A stretch of 64,000 bases of DNA from assembly GCA_964016885.1 (NCBI GenBank), contig CAXHJY010000095.1:3238-67237 (forward strand), read 5' to 3'. Within the stretch, counting starts at the first letter, position 1. Each line of letters begins with the position of its first letter. Position numbers and translations under genes: made by a program. Positions 34,762-53,538 of this stretch are shown here, in pieces. The notes below the pieces were generated by a model. The model was not told the DNA's origin. It made no database searches and worked only from the letters and a program-made list of their open reading frames with translations. This DNA comes from Eledone cirrhosa. Taxonomy: Eukaryota.

Positions 34762-34794
<33 letters not shown>

Positions 34795-34865
34795 CATACA
34801 TAAATACACAGACAGATATATATACATATATATACATACATATACATTCATATATATACATATTT

Positions 34866-34928
<63 letters not shown>

Positions 34929-35003
34929 CACAGGCACAGATATATATACATATATATAGATACATATTCATTCATATATATACATATTTACACACAAACA
35001 CAC

Positions 35004-35045
<42 letters not shown>
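34115..35045. repeat. (TA)n/(CA)n compound array
   Basis: Direct inspection. Confidence 0.93.
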
Positions 35046-35047
<2 letters not shown>

Positions 35048-35394
35048 CATATATATTTCTATTTTTTCCTGCTCACCATTGTACCGTAAACTATAGTTTA
35101 GGATTTGTCACTTTATTTTTCTAAACTTTTTTTGCAAACATTAAAAATATAAAAACAGTGCCGAGGTTTCCTACGAAACTGTCACGCCTCCATAGTGGAA
35201 AAAGATGGCGAATTAATAAACGAACGACACGACCAACAAAACAAGGTAATGTTTGTTTTTATTGCATCTTGTTTTCTGTGTAAAATTACCATTTTGTAAC
35301 TATGGTTAAACACTGGAATTATCTAAAATTTGGAATTACAACCAGGTGCTTCAACATTCACCCCCTCTCTCTATACACACGTATATGTGTGTGT

Positions 35395-35431
<37 letters not shown>

Positions 35432-35610
35432 GAGAGAGAGAGAGAGGAGAGAAAGAATGAGAAAATCCGAAGTAGTTTCAGATGTTTAAGTCCTTTATTG
35501 GTAATGCTGTTGTACATATTTCAATGACAGTGGCCACACGATTGCGTGTACCCAGTACCATGACATCATCAGAAAGCTTCTTATATATAAGGTTAAGTTC
35601 CCGAGGCAAT

Positions 35611-35666
<56 letters not shown>

Positions 35667-35819
35667 GACGAGGTGTTAAATCTTCATTACGTTTATTGAA
35701 GTGATACGCGCGTTTCGCGATTGATGAGCTCAAGGTTCGATCTGTATCGATCGGACCCGACTGAGGAATCAAAAGCTCATCGGACTTCTGTCATGGTAAT
35801 TGACGTTACAATCCCTGAA

Positions 35820-35865
<46 letters not shown>

Positions 35866-35923
35866 TTAGTCCAGAATTAGCCGTCGAAACGGCTTGAGCT
35901 CAGCCGTCGGGGTCCTACTCTTT

Positions 35924-36004
<81 letters not shown>

Positions 36005-36306
36005 TTGTGTGTGTGTGTGTGTGTAAGAATTTATGTCCGATACGTCGAAACTCTCTTCTACTTCTAAGAGTGAAAGTAATAAGACTTTGTTTTTGCATCT
36101 CTGTGTCTATTCATCAGCCTATCATGAAAATATTATACATTTTCTATGTATTTTATCTGAGGAGGACATGTTTTAGTTTATGTTATACATAAAACTTTAC
36201 TTCTTCAAAATCTAAACTATAATAAAGCAAGGAGTGCGGGACTGCGTCCAGAATATATTTCTTTATCCCGTTTGTAAAATAAGTTGGATTACTTTGAATA
36301 AATAAT

Positions 36307-36497
36307 TGTTTCTATTTTAGGCACAAGGCCAGCAATTACCCAGTACATTACTGGTACTTTATTTTATCGACCCCCGTAAGGATGAAAGGCAAAGTTAACC
36401 TCGGCGGGATTTGAACTTAGATCATAAAGGGACGTAACTATGCTTCAAAGCATGGTGTCCGACTCTCTACCGATACTGCCAATCCACCGCCTTACAA
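36307..36497 (-). mobile_element. Full-length S1 SINE with 19-bp TSD
   Basis: ATTACTTTGAATAAATAAT at 36288-36306 and 36498-36516. Confidence 0.92.
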
Positions 36498-36838
36498 ATT
36501 ACTTTGAATAAATAATGAATGAATATTACATAATTTGTCTACTAAATTTCGTTATTCATGATTAAATATAAATAATTTTGTTGCTTATTTTTTAAGATTC
36601 ACTTCTTTAAAATGTTCAAATGTAAACACTTCCGGTTAGCGATCGCTTAAATAAACATTCATAAATTTCCGTCACTAATTTTCTCCTAATGCAGATTATA
36701 TATAATATTGTCTTTTTTTTAATGTATCATGGATTACGTTACTGATTACATAAGACAGTGTAACTCAGGCTTCGTTCAATTTCTGTGTATATTGTCAATT
36801 ACGATTTTATTTGATATATCATATCTACATGCATATAT

Positions 36839-37430
36839 CTATCTATCTAAGGCGGGTAAAATTCCCGAGATCCATGGACGAGTTCTCTCCAGCGGTCTCT
36901 GTCCCTCATTATCGCTGCCATATCCTGCATCTCCAACAGACCAGTGTCTGTCCTTAGGGCATCAACATATGTTAACCTTGGTCTTCCTCTTCTAGTGTGT
37001 CCATGTAGGGGCTCCCAAAGGAGCACCGAGTGCAATGTCAACTCTGGATGTCGGTGAGCATGTCCAGCCAACCTCAGTCTTCTCTGTGTCACTTTTGAGC
37101 TGACTTTTGGGATGCTCCCATACAGCTCTAAGTTTTTCATCCTCAGTGTATACTGATTAATGTTCAGAGCCATCCTCAGCATTCTCGTGTAGCACCCATC
37201 CACCGCTGGAATTGGTTGAGGACTTCCTGTATTTGGGAGCAAAGATTGGGAATACGGAGGATGATGTGGTTGAGAGGAAGAGCAAGGCCTGGGTGGCGTG
37301 TCACAGCTTGAGATCGGTGTGGAAGTCGGACCTTCGTAGAGACCTGAAAATCCGCCTCTTCATTGCTGTAGTGGAGTCTGTGCTGCTGTATGGGTCTGAG
37401 ACTTGGACACTGACCAAGAGACTCACTCAG
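36839..37430 (-). mobile_element. RTE-clade LINE family C, 5'-inverted insertion with 10-bp TSD
   Basis: Minus 36847-37204: VDGCYTRMLRMAL...RRLRLAGH...RGRPRLTY. Plus ~37206-37433: EDFLYLGA...ESVLLYGSETWTLTKRLTQM. TSD ATGCATATAT at 36829 and 37431. (TAGA)n tail. Confidence 0.9.
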
Positions 37431-38094
37431 ATGCATATATACTTGCGTATAATATCAATATACACACTACACATGCTAGCAGAAAACCACCCGAAGAGTG
37501 GTTTTTCTTCTAGTATATATAATGTAATAAAAAGAGATGGTATAAAGTATATATATTTCGTTTATTACTAATATATATATATTATACTACATCTAATATC
37601 TACAATATATACACCACACCACACCACTATACTATATCTAATATCTACAATACATACGCCACACTACACCATTTTACTCATAGAATTCTCCGCTAACTGG
37701 AATAGCTGCGTCAACCCATTGTCGAATTAATAGTCGATTATCTGCGGAACCACTGGTGTTCATCCGATGTCATCTTACGAAACTGACGATCGTCACAGGA
37801 ACTACTGCTTACTCTAAGACAAGCAGGAATTTTATCGAGGCTTACTCCATGTTTGCTATACCAGCCATATCAGAGGCACCGCGTGTAGTATGTGGCTCTT
37901 CACTATGCAGGTCGATCTTTAAATTGAGAATAAACTACCAGTCAAGTACTGGAGTAGATTGATTCGTCTTTCCCTTCCTTATTTCAAGATTGCTGGCCTT
38001 CTGCTTAAATGAGAAACTCTAATGAGGAGAGTGATTTGACAGTATTGTGAGAGTGTCGGACAAAATACTTTACCTCATCAACGTTTTAAAGTTT

Positions 38095-38477
38095 GACTTG
38101 GAAAGGAAGGTGAGGGTGGAGAGAGAAGTGCACCAGCCCAGCCCCAGTACATTTGCTAAAAAGTAGGTGAATGTGACGAGAATGACCCGTGTGAATGGGC
38201 CTACTCTAAGCATTTGCCTGTAGGTGGGTTGATTTCAGGAAGAGAGGGGTGCTCTTCCCGGGTGCCCTCGAAGCATCGAGTCCAGGATTGGCGAGGCACC
38301 TGGGTCGCCTCTGGGTGGTTATGCCCCCTATTGGGGAATCTATTTTGTTATATTTTTTATTGTTAATCGTTTTTCTCAATTTGTGTTTTTTCGAAGTTGT
38401 TTTTTTTTATTGTAAACCCCCGCTGTCCCCGTCTATTGTTATGTCCCCTACATGTCAGCCTTTGTGACCAATAAAGA
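38095..38477 (+). mobile_element. Tx1/L1-clade LINE 3' end, diverged
   Basis: RKVRVEREV...RMTRVNGPTLSICL*, homologous to the ends of ORFs 46397 and 54335; ends ACCAATAAAGAC. Confidence 0.72.
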
Positions 38478-38484
38478 CATTATC

Positions 38485-38990
38485 ACGCATATTTACGGCC
38501 CTTGCCATTCTGAGTTCAAATCCCGCTGAGGTTAACTTTGTCTTTCATCCTTACGGGGGTCGATAAAATAAAGTACCAGTAATGCACTGGGTAGTTGCTG
38601 GCCTTGTGCCAAAAGTAGAAACAATTATTATTATTATTATTATTATTATTATACCCACGCTTTTGTGACCATGAGCCTAACGCCCAAACCACAAGGCCAC
38701 GTTCCTTAATCTTTTTTTTTTTTTGATACTGAAATATTTCTACCCTTACCCCCACACTTTCCACAACAACAACAACAACAACGATAATAATTTCTATTTG
38801 AGGAACAACGCCATCAATCTGGGGGAGGGGAAAGTGGATTGCATCGACCCCAGTGTGTTACTGGTACTTTACGTTATCGAGGTCTTCGGAAGGCAAAGCT
38901 AACTTGGGTGGGATTTGAACTCAGAAAGAACGTAAAGAGCCAGAACAAATACTGCTCACAATTTGTCCGACATTCTAACATCTCCGCTAG
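38485..38990. mobile_element. Two S1-type SINEs (38485-38625 +, 38790-38990 -)
   Basis: S1 body and tails with (ATT)n. Confidence 0.78.
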
Positions 38991-39799
38991 ACTAACAACA
39001 ACAACAACAACAGCAATAATAATAACAATGACAATAATAATAACAATGACAATGACAACAACAATAGTGCAATGAATGAGTGGCAAATAGCAATCAGGTT
39101 AAAGCGGTCATTAGAAGATGCAATCAGTTGAAAGACCACTATACAGTCATTCCATTAATTGAATTAAAGTCTTTGAAATTACGTGCTGCGGAGTTCAATG
39201 AGGTATTCAAAACCATTTCTCAATTTTTGATAGCAACAGAGAGAGAATGAGAGAGAGAGAGAGAGAGTGTGTGTGTGTGTGAGTGAGTGAGTGAGTGAGT
39301 GACTGGGTGAGAGAGTGAGAGATGGAGAGAAGAGGGTGAGTGAGAGAGAGATGGAGAGAAGAGAGTGAGTGAGAGAGAGATGGAGAGAAGAGAGTGAGAG
39401 AGAGATGGAGAGAAGAGAGTGAGTGAGAGAGAGATGGAGAGAAGAGAGTGAGAGAGAGATGGAGAGGAGAGAGAGATAGAGAGTGAGTGAGACAGAGATG
39501 GAGAGAAGAGAGAGAGCGCGCGAAGGATAAAGAGAGAGGGCGCGAAGGATAAAGAGAGAGGGGTGGGTGAGAGGGGGGCGAGATTAAAACCAACTAAATA
39601 AAAGAGGTTGTAAGAAGAAAAAGCTATGTATATATATATATAAAGTATGTATGTATATATATATAATGTATGTATGTATATATATATAATGTATGTATAT
39701 ATATATATATATAAAGTATGTATATATATATATATATATATAAAGTATGTATATATATATATATAAATATAAAGTATGTATGTGTATATATAAAGTATG

Positions 39800-39874
<75 letters not shown>

Positions 39875-40214
39875 CTGACAGACATATATACATTTCGAAA
39901 AGTAAAAAAAAAACAAAAGAAACAAAATGAAACAAATAAAACAAAAATATATAATATATTTTTCATTTAAGTCAATGTTGTCTATCACGTGATCATGTAG
40001 AAGCGATCATTTAACCAGTATATCAATAATACTGTTATGTTAATTCTTAATAAAGAAGTTTATTATAATTAATATAACGCTATGTAATAATGGTGGCGAC
40101 AAGACATTAATACGTTAACAAGGTGTCGGCCATTTTGGTTTCATTTTACTGTTAATGGGGAACAGAATGTCTAACGTTGAATCTAACATATTGGTTACTG
40201 TATGGACAGACGGA

Positions 40215-40425
40215 CATATCGGTAGGTGGATAGATAGGTGGATATAGATAGATAGATGGATAAATAGGTGGATATAGATAGATAGGTGGATATAGATAGA
40301 TAGATAGATGGATATATAGGTGGATATAGATAGATAGGTGGATATAGATATATAGGTGGATATAGATAGATAGATGGATATAGATAGATAGATGGATATA
40401 GATAGGAAGACAGACAGACAGATAA
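40215..40425. repeat. GATA-derived minisatellite
   Basis: (GGATATAGATAGATAGGT)n. Confidence 0.85.
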
Positions 40426-40458
40426 ACACAAATAATTAGATAAATTGATAGAGAGATA

Positions 40459-40523
<65 letters not shown>

Positions 40524-40571
40524 CAAAATGTTAACAAATGAAAAAATATTCTCATCATCAAAATATATACC

Positions 40572-40630
40572 TTTATTATATATATTTCAAAGGTACTGTG
40601 CTGTTTTTCCAGTACGTCCTCATCAGACAT
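40572..40630 (-). ncRNA. Minimal hammerhead ribozyme, family H1 copy 4
   Basis: TGT-CTGATGA-GGACGTACTG..CAGTACCTTT-GAAA-TATATA-TA-ATA; stem I weakened. Confidence 0.62.
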
Positions 40631-40705
40631 CATATATGATTTGATATATGACAAACCGCTACGGTCTTGATTATTCAATTCCAGTATATATATATATAAA
40701 ATTCA

Positions 40706-40747
<42 letters not shown>

Positions 40748-40763
40748 CAGTATATATATTCCA

Positions 40764-40809
<46 letters not shown>

Positions 40810-41057
40810 CAGTATATATATTCCAGTATATATATATATATATAAAACATGAGAAGAAAGAAGAATACTGCGTGGTTTGCACATGGGTTACATATGATAA
40901 AAATAGTCCTTCGTCAGTGATTTTCCAACCATCATTGGTATTTCATCGCATTAAAAATCAGATATTCAGGTTGGTGCGAGCAATAATCTAAAAAAAGTTA
41001 TTGGGACCAGGAATCGCGTAAAGCGAGGGGGACAAGTGAACAACATAGAAGGATAAA

Positions 41058-41114
<57 letters not shown>

Positions 41115-41305
41115 GTCTATCTCTCTATCAATTTATATAATTATTTGTGTTTATCTGTCTGTCTGTCTGTCTACTTATCTATATCTATCTATCTATCGAC
41201 CTGTCTCTCTATCTCTCCATTTGTCTGGCTATCTATCTCTCTATCTATCTATCTATCTATATATAAAGAAATATCTATATCTCTCTCTATATATAGAGAG
41301 ATAAC

Positions 41306-41665
41306 TTTCTTTTTATTTGCCACCAGGGCATCAAAGAGTGGGACAAGTACAATGTGGGGGGGGGGGGGGGGAGTTTACATGCAGAGGCGTCCTCAATATG
41401 GAGGAGGCAATAACAAGATATAAAAGTATAAAAATAAAATAAAATATAACAAAATAAATCTTATAACAAAATCCTCAATAGGGAGGAGGCGCCTTGGGGG
41501 GGGGGGGGGGCGCACACACCCCCGAAAAAAAAATGTGCAACCCTTCTCCTCAGGAGCACAGAGAGGGGGTGCTCCCTTGGTCTTTCATCTTCCTCACCTA
41601 TAGTCTGATGTAGAGTGAAGGCCCATTCACACGGGCCATTCTCGCCACTTTCACCCATCTTTCAT
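41306..41665 (-). mobile_element. Tx1/L1-clade LINE 3' end, diverged
   Basis: RWVKVARMARVNGP, homologous to the other Tx1 copies; 3' UTR ends GCAAATAAAAAGAAAG next to a CTAT/TA-rich tract. Confidence 0.75.
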
Positions 41666-42354
41666 AAAAACGAATAATTAGAGATCCATTCTATCTCTCT
41701 GTCTGTTTTATTTCTCCCTCTCTCTAAATCTATGACTCTTTCTCTCTCTCACGCACGTAACCCCCCCCCCCCTCTCTCTCTTTATTCTTCACTGAGTCTT
41801 GATTTCTCATTTCTACTCATTTATCACAATTTCATCTTTTCTTTCTCTCTCTCCTATCACCTTCTCTCTCTCCCTATCACCCTCTCTATATCCTCTATCC
41901 CTATCTCACATTCCCTCTCCCTATCCCCCTCTCTATATCCTCTCTCCCTATCACTCTCTCTCTCCTCCCTTTCTATCTCACCTTCCCTCTCACCCTATCT
42001 ATCCTCTCCCCCTCTCTATATCCTCTCTCCCTATCACCCTCTCTCCTCCCTTTCTATCTCACCTTCCCTCTCACCCTATCTATCCTCTCCCTAGCCCCCT
42101 CTCTATATCCTCTCTCCCTATCACTTTATTTCCTTCTGCCTTTCCCATTCAATATTATAAGATATATCCAATATAACACACACACAGATATTTCACACGC
42201 ACACACAGACACACACATAACACACACAGATATTTCACACGCACACACAGACACACACATAACACACACATATACACACAGGCACACACACACACAGTCG
42301 TCAGCTTTACCGTTTCCCTCCTCCTACCTCACTCTCCCCCTCTCCTCCTTTCCC

Positions 42355-42910
42355 TATATATGTGTATGTGTGTGTGCGTGTGCGTGCAAGTATATGTGCG
42401 TGTGTGTGTGCGTGCGAGTAGGTGTGCGTGTGTGTATCTGAGTGTGTGTATGTGTGTGTGGGTGTTTGTATGTATCTATGAGTGTGTGTGTAAGTGTGTG
42501 TGTGTATGTGTGTGCGTGCGAGTACGTGTGTGCGTGTGCGTATCTGAGTGTGTGTGTGTGTGTGTGTATGTATGTGTGTGTGTGTGTGCGCGTGTGGGTG
42601 TTTGTATGTATCTGTGTGTGTGTATGTGTGCGTGTGCGTTGCGTGTGCGTGTGTGTGCGTGCGAGTATGTGTGCGTGCGTGCGTGTGCGTATCTGAGTGT
42701 GTGTATGTGTGTGTATGGGGTGTATGTGGGTGTTTGTATCTATCTGTGCGTGTGCGTGTGTGTGTGACTGCGTGTGACTGCGTGTGTGACTGCGTGTGTG
42801 TGTGTGTGTGTGTGTGTGTGACTGCGTGTGTGTGTGTGACTGCGTGTGTGTGTGTGTGACTGTGTGTGTGTGTGTGAGAGAGAGTGCGTGTGTGTGTATC
42901 TGTGTGTTTT
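42355..42910. repeat. (GT)n/(GCGT)n microsatellite
   Basis: Direct inspection. Confidence 0.93.
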
Positions 42911-43139
42911 GTTTTTACTCAGTCTAGCTGTAGTGTTCCTTTGTAAAAAGCTTTTAGGGAAAAGTGTGTAGTTTGTTGTTGGTGGTGTTGTTGTTGGTGT
43001 TAGCCATAGAAACTACATCTAATATATATCCTGTTGGTGGGGTAGTGGTTACAGTGGGAGGGTGGGGTCGGGTGGTAGGGAGATATTTGGCATACCGTAG
43101 CAATATGAACAGATTAAAAAATAAAAGGTTTATTAGGAA

Positions 43140-43935
<796 letters not shown>

Positions 43936-44258
43936 ACACCCTTTGACGTGATAATTTATTTCCAGTACTTAGTACATGAATCTTTTGGGAGAAAAGTAAA
44001 AAACGTTGATTCATACACACGAAATATAGTATATTTAATGGAACACACACACATATACACACAGAGACCCATACTTACATAGAGACACACACAGACGCAT
44101 ACTTACATACACACACACACATACATACACAGAGAGAGAGAGACACACACACACACTTACATACACACACACATACATACCTACACATGAATACAGCCAT
44201 ATATATATATATATATATATACACTCCATTTCTCTTGCCAATCCTTCCACCTCACACA

Positions 44259-44289
<31 letters not shown>

Positions 44290-44789
44290 TCTATCTCCAC
44301 CTCTCCTTCCACCTCACTCTCTCTTTCTATCACTATCTCTCTCTCTTTACACTCTATCTCTCTCTCTACATCACTGTATCTTTCTCACTCACTCATTCAT
44401 ACACATCTATTCCCTCTTCCTCTATCTAGCCATCTCTCTTTTTTTCTCTCTCTGCCACTATCTCGCCCCCCCCTCTCCCCCACCAAATACACTATCTAAC
44501 TCTCCCAACCCACCCCCTCTCTATCTCTGCCACGCCACACTCTCTATCCACACCCTCTCTATCTGTCAATATTTGTCTCTCACAGACACTCTCTCTCCTT
44601 CTCTTTCTTTAATGAATTATTATTGCGGTAAAATCTAACTTTATCTGTGAAACACTGCTCACCTTAAATCGTTTTACCGTGTAATACATGAGAACATTCT
44701 CGTAAAAGTCACCTAAACTCTTAATACCGAGCAAAGTGTCTCCTTCGTCTTCTCCTTCATCTTCTCTTTCGTCTTCTTTGTATCCTTCG

Positions 44790-46097
44790 TCTCCTCTTTC
44801 TTCTTCATCCACTTATTCCTCGGGGGGGGGGGGGGTCATGGGGGCAGAGTCCTCAAGTACTTCTTTCAGCGGTCCTCCACTGGAATTTACGACCTGTCGA
44901 ATCTATCAGCAATGAAAATACCAATTGAATTATCTTCTACTTCCCTTTATTCCTGGGAGGAGAGTCGTCGTGGGGCGGGGGGGGGGGGGACAAAGTCCTC
45001 AAACACACTTTCCAGCGGGTCCTGTCCGGAGCAACCATCTCCAATTAATCCGATTGGATTCCCAAGCGAAATTAGCCAAGCTCATGGATGTTATCCAACC
45101 ATCTTGCTCGAGGTCTACCCCTGGATCACCCGCCGGTTGGTTTTGTTCGTAAAATCTCTCCCGCGATTCTTTCCTGAGACATTCTAACCACATGTCCATA
45201 GTATCAGAGCTGTGATCTCTCAATTCAGAGAAGTAGCAGCTCTACCTGGGGTGACTCTCTGATCTCCGAGCTACACATTCTTTCCTGAGACATTCTAACC
45301 ACATGTCCATAGTATCAGCCATGTGATCTCTCAATTTGGAGAAGTAGCAGCTCTACCTGGAGTGACTCTCTGATCTCTGAACTACACATTCTTTCCTGAG
45401 ACATTCTAACCACATGTCCATAGTATCAGAGCTGTGATCTCTCAATTCAGAGAAGTAGCAGCTCTACCTGGGGTGACTCTCTGATCTCTGAACTACACAT
45501 TCTTTCCTGAGACATTCTAACCACATGTCCATAGTATCAGAGCTGTGATCTCTCAATTTGGAGAAGTAGCAGCTCTACCTGGGGTGACTCTCTGATCTCT
45601 GAACTACACATTCTTTCCTGAGACATTCTAACCACATGTCCATAGTATCAGAGCTGTGATCTCTCAATTCAGAGAAGTAGCAGCTCTACCTGGGGTGACT
45701 CTCTGATCTCTGAACTACACATTCTTTCCTGAGACATTCTAACCACATGTCCATAGTATCAGAACTGTGATCTCTCAATTTGGAGAAGTAGCAGCTCTAC
45801 CTGGGGTGACTCTCTGATCTCCGAGCTACACATTCTTTCCTGAGACATTCTAACCACATGGCCATAGTATCAGAGCTGTGATCTCTCAATTTGGAGAAGT
45901 AGCAGCTCTACCCGGAGTGACTCTCTGATCTCTGAGCTACACATTCTTTCCTGAGACATTCTAACCACATGTCCATAGTATCAGAACTGTGATCTCTCAA
46001 TTTGGAGAAGTAGCAGCTCTACCTGGAGTGACTTTCTCATTTCCGAGCTACATACACTATCAAGTAACGTTACTCCAAAGACCCTTCGGAGAAACCC
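44790..46097 (-). mobile_element. RTE-clade LINE family D 3' fragment (second 3'-end remnant at ~44790-44880)
   Basis: GFLRRVFGVTLLDSVCSSEMRKSLQVELLLLQIERSQ...YYGHVVRMSQER...GRPRARWLDNIHELG. Confidence 0.82.
45166..46053. repeat. 111-bp tandem repeat x8 derived from RTE coding sequence
   Basis: ATTCTTTCCTGAGACATTC... recurs at 45166, 45277, 45388, 45499, 45610, 45721, 45832 and 45943. Confidence 0.95.
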
Positions 46098-46101
46098 TAA
46101 T

Positions 46102-46162
<61 letters not shown>

Positions 46163-46163
<1 letters not shown>

Positions 46164-47746
46164 TTCTTTATTAGCCATAAGGGCGCAACAAGAAAGGGGA
46201 CAATACAAAGACATGCCGGGGATTTTACATACAGTCGTGTAAAAAATATAAAAACAAACAATTTTAACAATCGAAATCCCCAATAGGGGGGAGGCGCCAC
46301 AAATGGGTTGTTTAATACCCCGTCGATAGAACAACCCTCAACTCGAGGAGCGTGTTGTGCAAGTGCTCCTTTCTTCCTTTTGCTCTCTCCCTCAACCTAC
46401 AGGCTTATAAACAGAGAAGGCCCAATCACTCGGGCCATTTTCGCTTCATTCACCCACCTTTCAGTAAATTTACTGGGGTGCAGTGCCTCTCTCTCCACCC
46501 TGATTCTCCTTCTAAAGTGATACTTAAAGAAGGGAATCAATTGTTGCCCGGAGAGAAAGGCATCTGTCCTCAGTCCTCTCAACCTCGTCCACCATATAAC
46601 TTCTTTCACCATAGCCACCGTACAGAGGAAAACCGCCTCTCTTTCGTTTTTGAAAGAGTCTGGCGGTTTGATCCTTACTATGGACTCGGCAGTCAACTGT
46701 ATTTGTCCCATACGCGACAGCAGTTGTTCTGCATAGTTCCACAGGTCGCTTACGCCCGGGCAGTGTACAATTGCGTGCAGAACTGTTTCAATGTCCTGCG
46801 CACATCTTGGACACGTCCTCTTGGAAGGATCCCTGCCAGGGCGTCCGTGTCTGTAGATCTTGTCACGAACCGGTAGAGCTCCTCGGTAGCACTGCCAGGC
46901 CAGGGACCTCTGGAAGTTGTCCATAGGTCCCGGGCGGAAAGTCCTACCAAACATACTGGTGAGCTCATCGTCTTCGACGCCCAGAGTCTCTCCGAGCACG
47001 TCGTCGCCCTTGTAACGTACAATCCCTCTATAGAATGTCGAAGTGGAGTCTCCACTGATTGTTGCGCCCGCTTGCCAGAGGACTGTGAGCGCCTGAGCGC
47101 ATTCAATGTGCCAGGCGCCCATCGTTTTCGGTCTTTTCTTCACCCAGGACTGCAGCTCCGTTAGCGAGACGAGCTGTGGGAAAGCCTGTCTCACAAACGG
47201 TGCCCACACCGGTTGGGGGTCGGTGAGGAATACCTGGAGATGCCGCAGCCTCAGCGCATGTTTGCGCATCATCAGCCGCGGCATTCCCAGCCCTCCGTTG
47301 GAAGGGTGCTGACAGCAGACGGATCTCCTCACCAGCGGAGCCTACTTCTTCCACAGAAACTGAAAGAGCATGCGTTCCATCTTGGCGAGGTGTTCACGGG
47401 GACAAGGCACGACAGTCAAGCGGTAGTAGATGACGGACGCTATGAAAGTGTTCGCCACCTCCGCTCGACCTTTCAAGGACAGTTTGCACTCTGCCCACTT
47501 CTGAGTGAGTGCAAACACCTTGGCCGTGACCTCGTTCCAGTTTTTCTCCACCTGGAGGTCTGGACCGAACCAGACCCCGAGCAATTTCACCGGTCCGTCC
47601 GTCCAGCGTCCAACGACGCTGTCGGATGTCATCGGTTTGCCTCTCCACGTACCGAGTTGCAAACCGACAGACTTGTCTGGGTTTAGTTTTGCTCCCGTCA
47701 GCGTTTCGTATTCTTTCAGTATGTTGCCGATCACCCCGATTTCCGA
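46163..47746 (-). mobile_element. Tx1/L1-clade LINE, 5'-truncated (RT C-terminus + CCHC-type zinc finger), flanked by (GATA)n
   Basis: GAKLNPDKSVG, KLLGVWFG, LSLKGRAEVAN, GGLGMP, CPRCAQDIETVLHAIVHCP; (TAGA)n at 46101-46162 and 47747-47775. Confidence 0.92.
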
Positions 47747-47927
47747 GATAGATAGATAGATAGATAGATAGAGATATATATGTAATTAAGCGCCGAAACA
47801 TCGGATCGTGAAACATTTACAGCTGACGAAGGAAACTGCTTTTTTCCTTTCTGCTCTTGTTCCGTCCTAACCACCATCCTAAACCTTGTTTTTAGTAACC
47901 ACACAGCTCCTTTCGTTTCCTATCATT

Positions 47928-52508
<4,581 letters not shown>

Positions 52509-52723
52509 ACGATCGACTTTCGTCAAATCGGACCGAGGAAACAATGTTTCCGTTGGTCTTTCCAATTGCTAATATTATCTATCGGTCGCAACTCCAGGTA
52601 GAAGGAGTAACGTGAAATAAAGTGTCTTGCTCAAGGACATAACGCATCACCCGGTCCGGAAATCGAACTCACAACCTCACGATTGTGAATCCAATTCCCT
52701 AACCACTCAGCCACACGCCTTCA
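52509..52723 (-). mobile_element. SINE family S2
   Basis: Matches the other S2 copies; embedded in (TA)n. Confidence 0.88.
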
Positions 52724-52725
52724 CG

Positions 52726-52786
<61 letters not shown>

Positions 52787-53024
52787 TATATATATATAAA
52801 TATATATATATATAAATATATATATATATAAATATATAAATATATAAATATATATATATATAAATATATATATATATAAATATATATATAGAGAGATAGA
52901 GAGAGAGGGGAGGGGATTTGGAGAGGGAGGGAGAGAGAGAGAAAGACAGATTTGCATGTGTGTGTGTGTGTTTCTGTCTGTGTTTACATTTGTTTTATGT
53001 GCCATCACATAGCAGTTCAACAAT

Positions 53025-53160
53025 AAAGGATCGATAAAATAAGTATCAGGCTTTTAAAAAAATAAACGTTGGAGTCTGAAAATCAATTAAACTGACTAAA
53101 TCTAGGCAGTACTCCAGCATGGTCGCAGCCAGATAACTGAAACCAGTAAAATGATAAAAT
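53025..53160 (+). mobile_element. SINE remnant with S1-like body and LINE-A-like 3' tail
   Basis: TCGATAAAATAAGTA body followed by CCAGCATGGTCGCAGCC...CTGAAACCAGTAAAA. Confidence 0.62.
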
Positions 53161-53538
53161 ACTATATATAAATATATATACGGGAGCTTTCTTGAGTTGC
53201 TGGTAGCCTCACGGCCTTGGTACCCTCTAGTTGCACTTGGGCTGTTTACAAGACGGCGAAACTGCACAATCAGGAATTTGAAGAAATAATTAGCTATATT
53301 CTGTCTATTTTCTCTTGATATTTATAATTGGTATAAATGTGATTAATTAATTATTATTCAATTCCTTCAGACGTTGAGCAAAACAGGTAAAGGCGGGACA
53401 CCACACACACACGTACGTACGTATGTATATATGTATGTATGTGTGTATGTGTGTGTGGGTAAAAAGAGATAACAACACAATCGGTACAGTATATGGAAGG
53501 GATATATTAGGTTAACGCTTGAAATATCAGGAAGAGGG

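Noticed and set aside
35050-35365. Possible DNA transposon remnant
   Set aside because: No TIR pair or transposase motif identified
44609-44812. Possible host exon (acidic peptide, AAG|GTGAGC donor-like site near 44660)
   Set aside because: The acidic part is the GAA-rich tail of an RTE 3' end; no good acceptor, no recognisable domain and no other exons found
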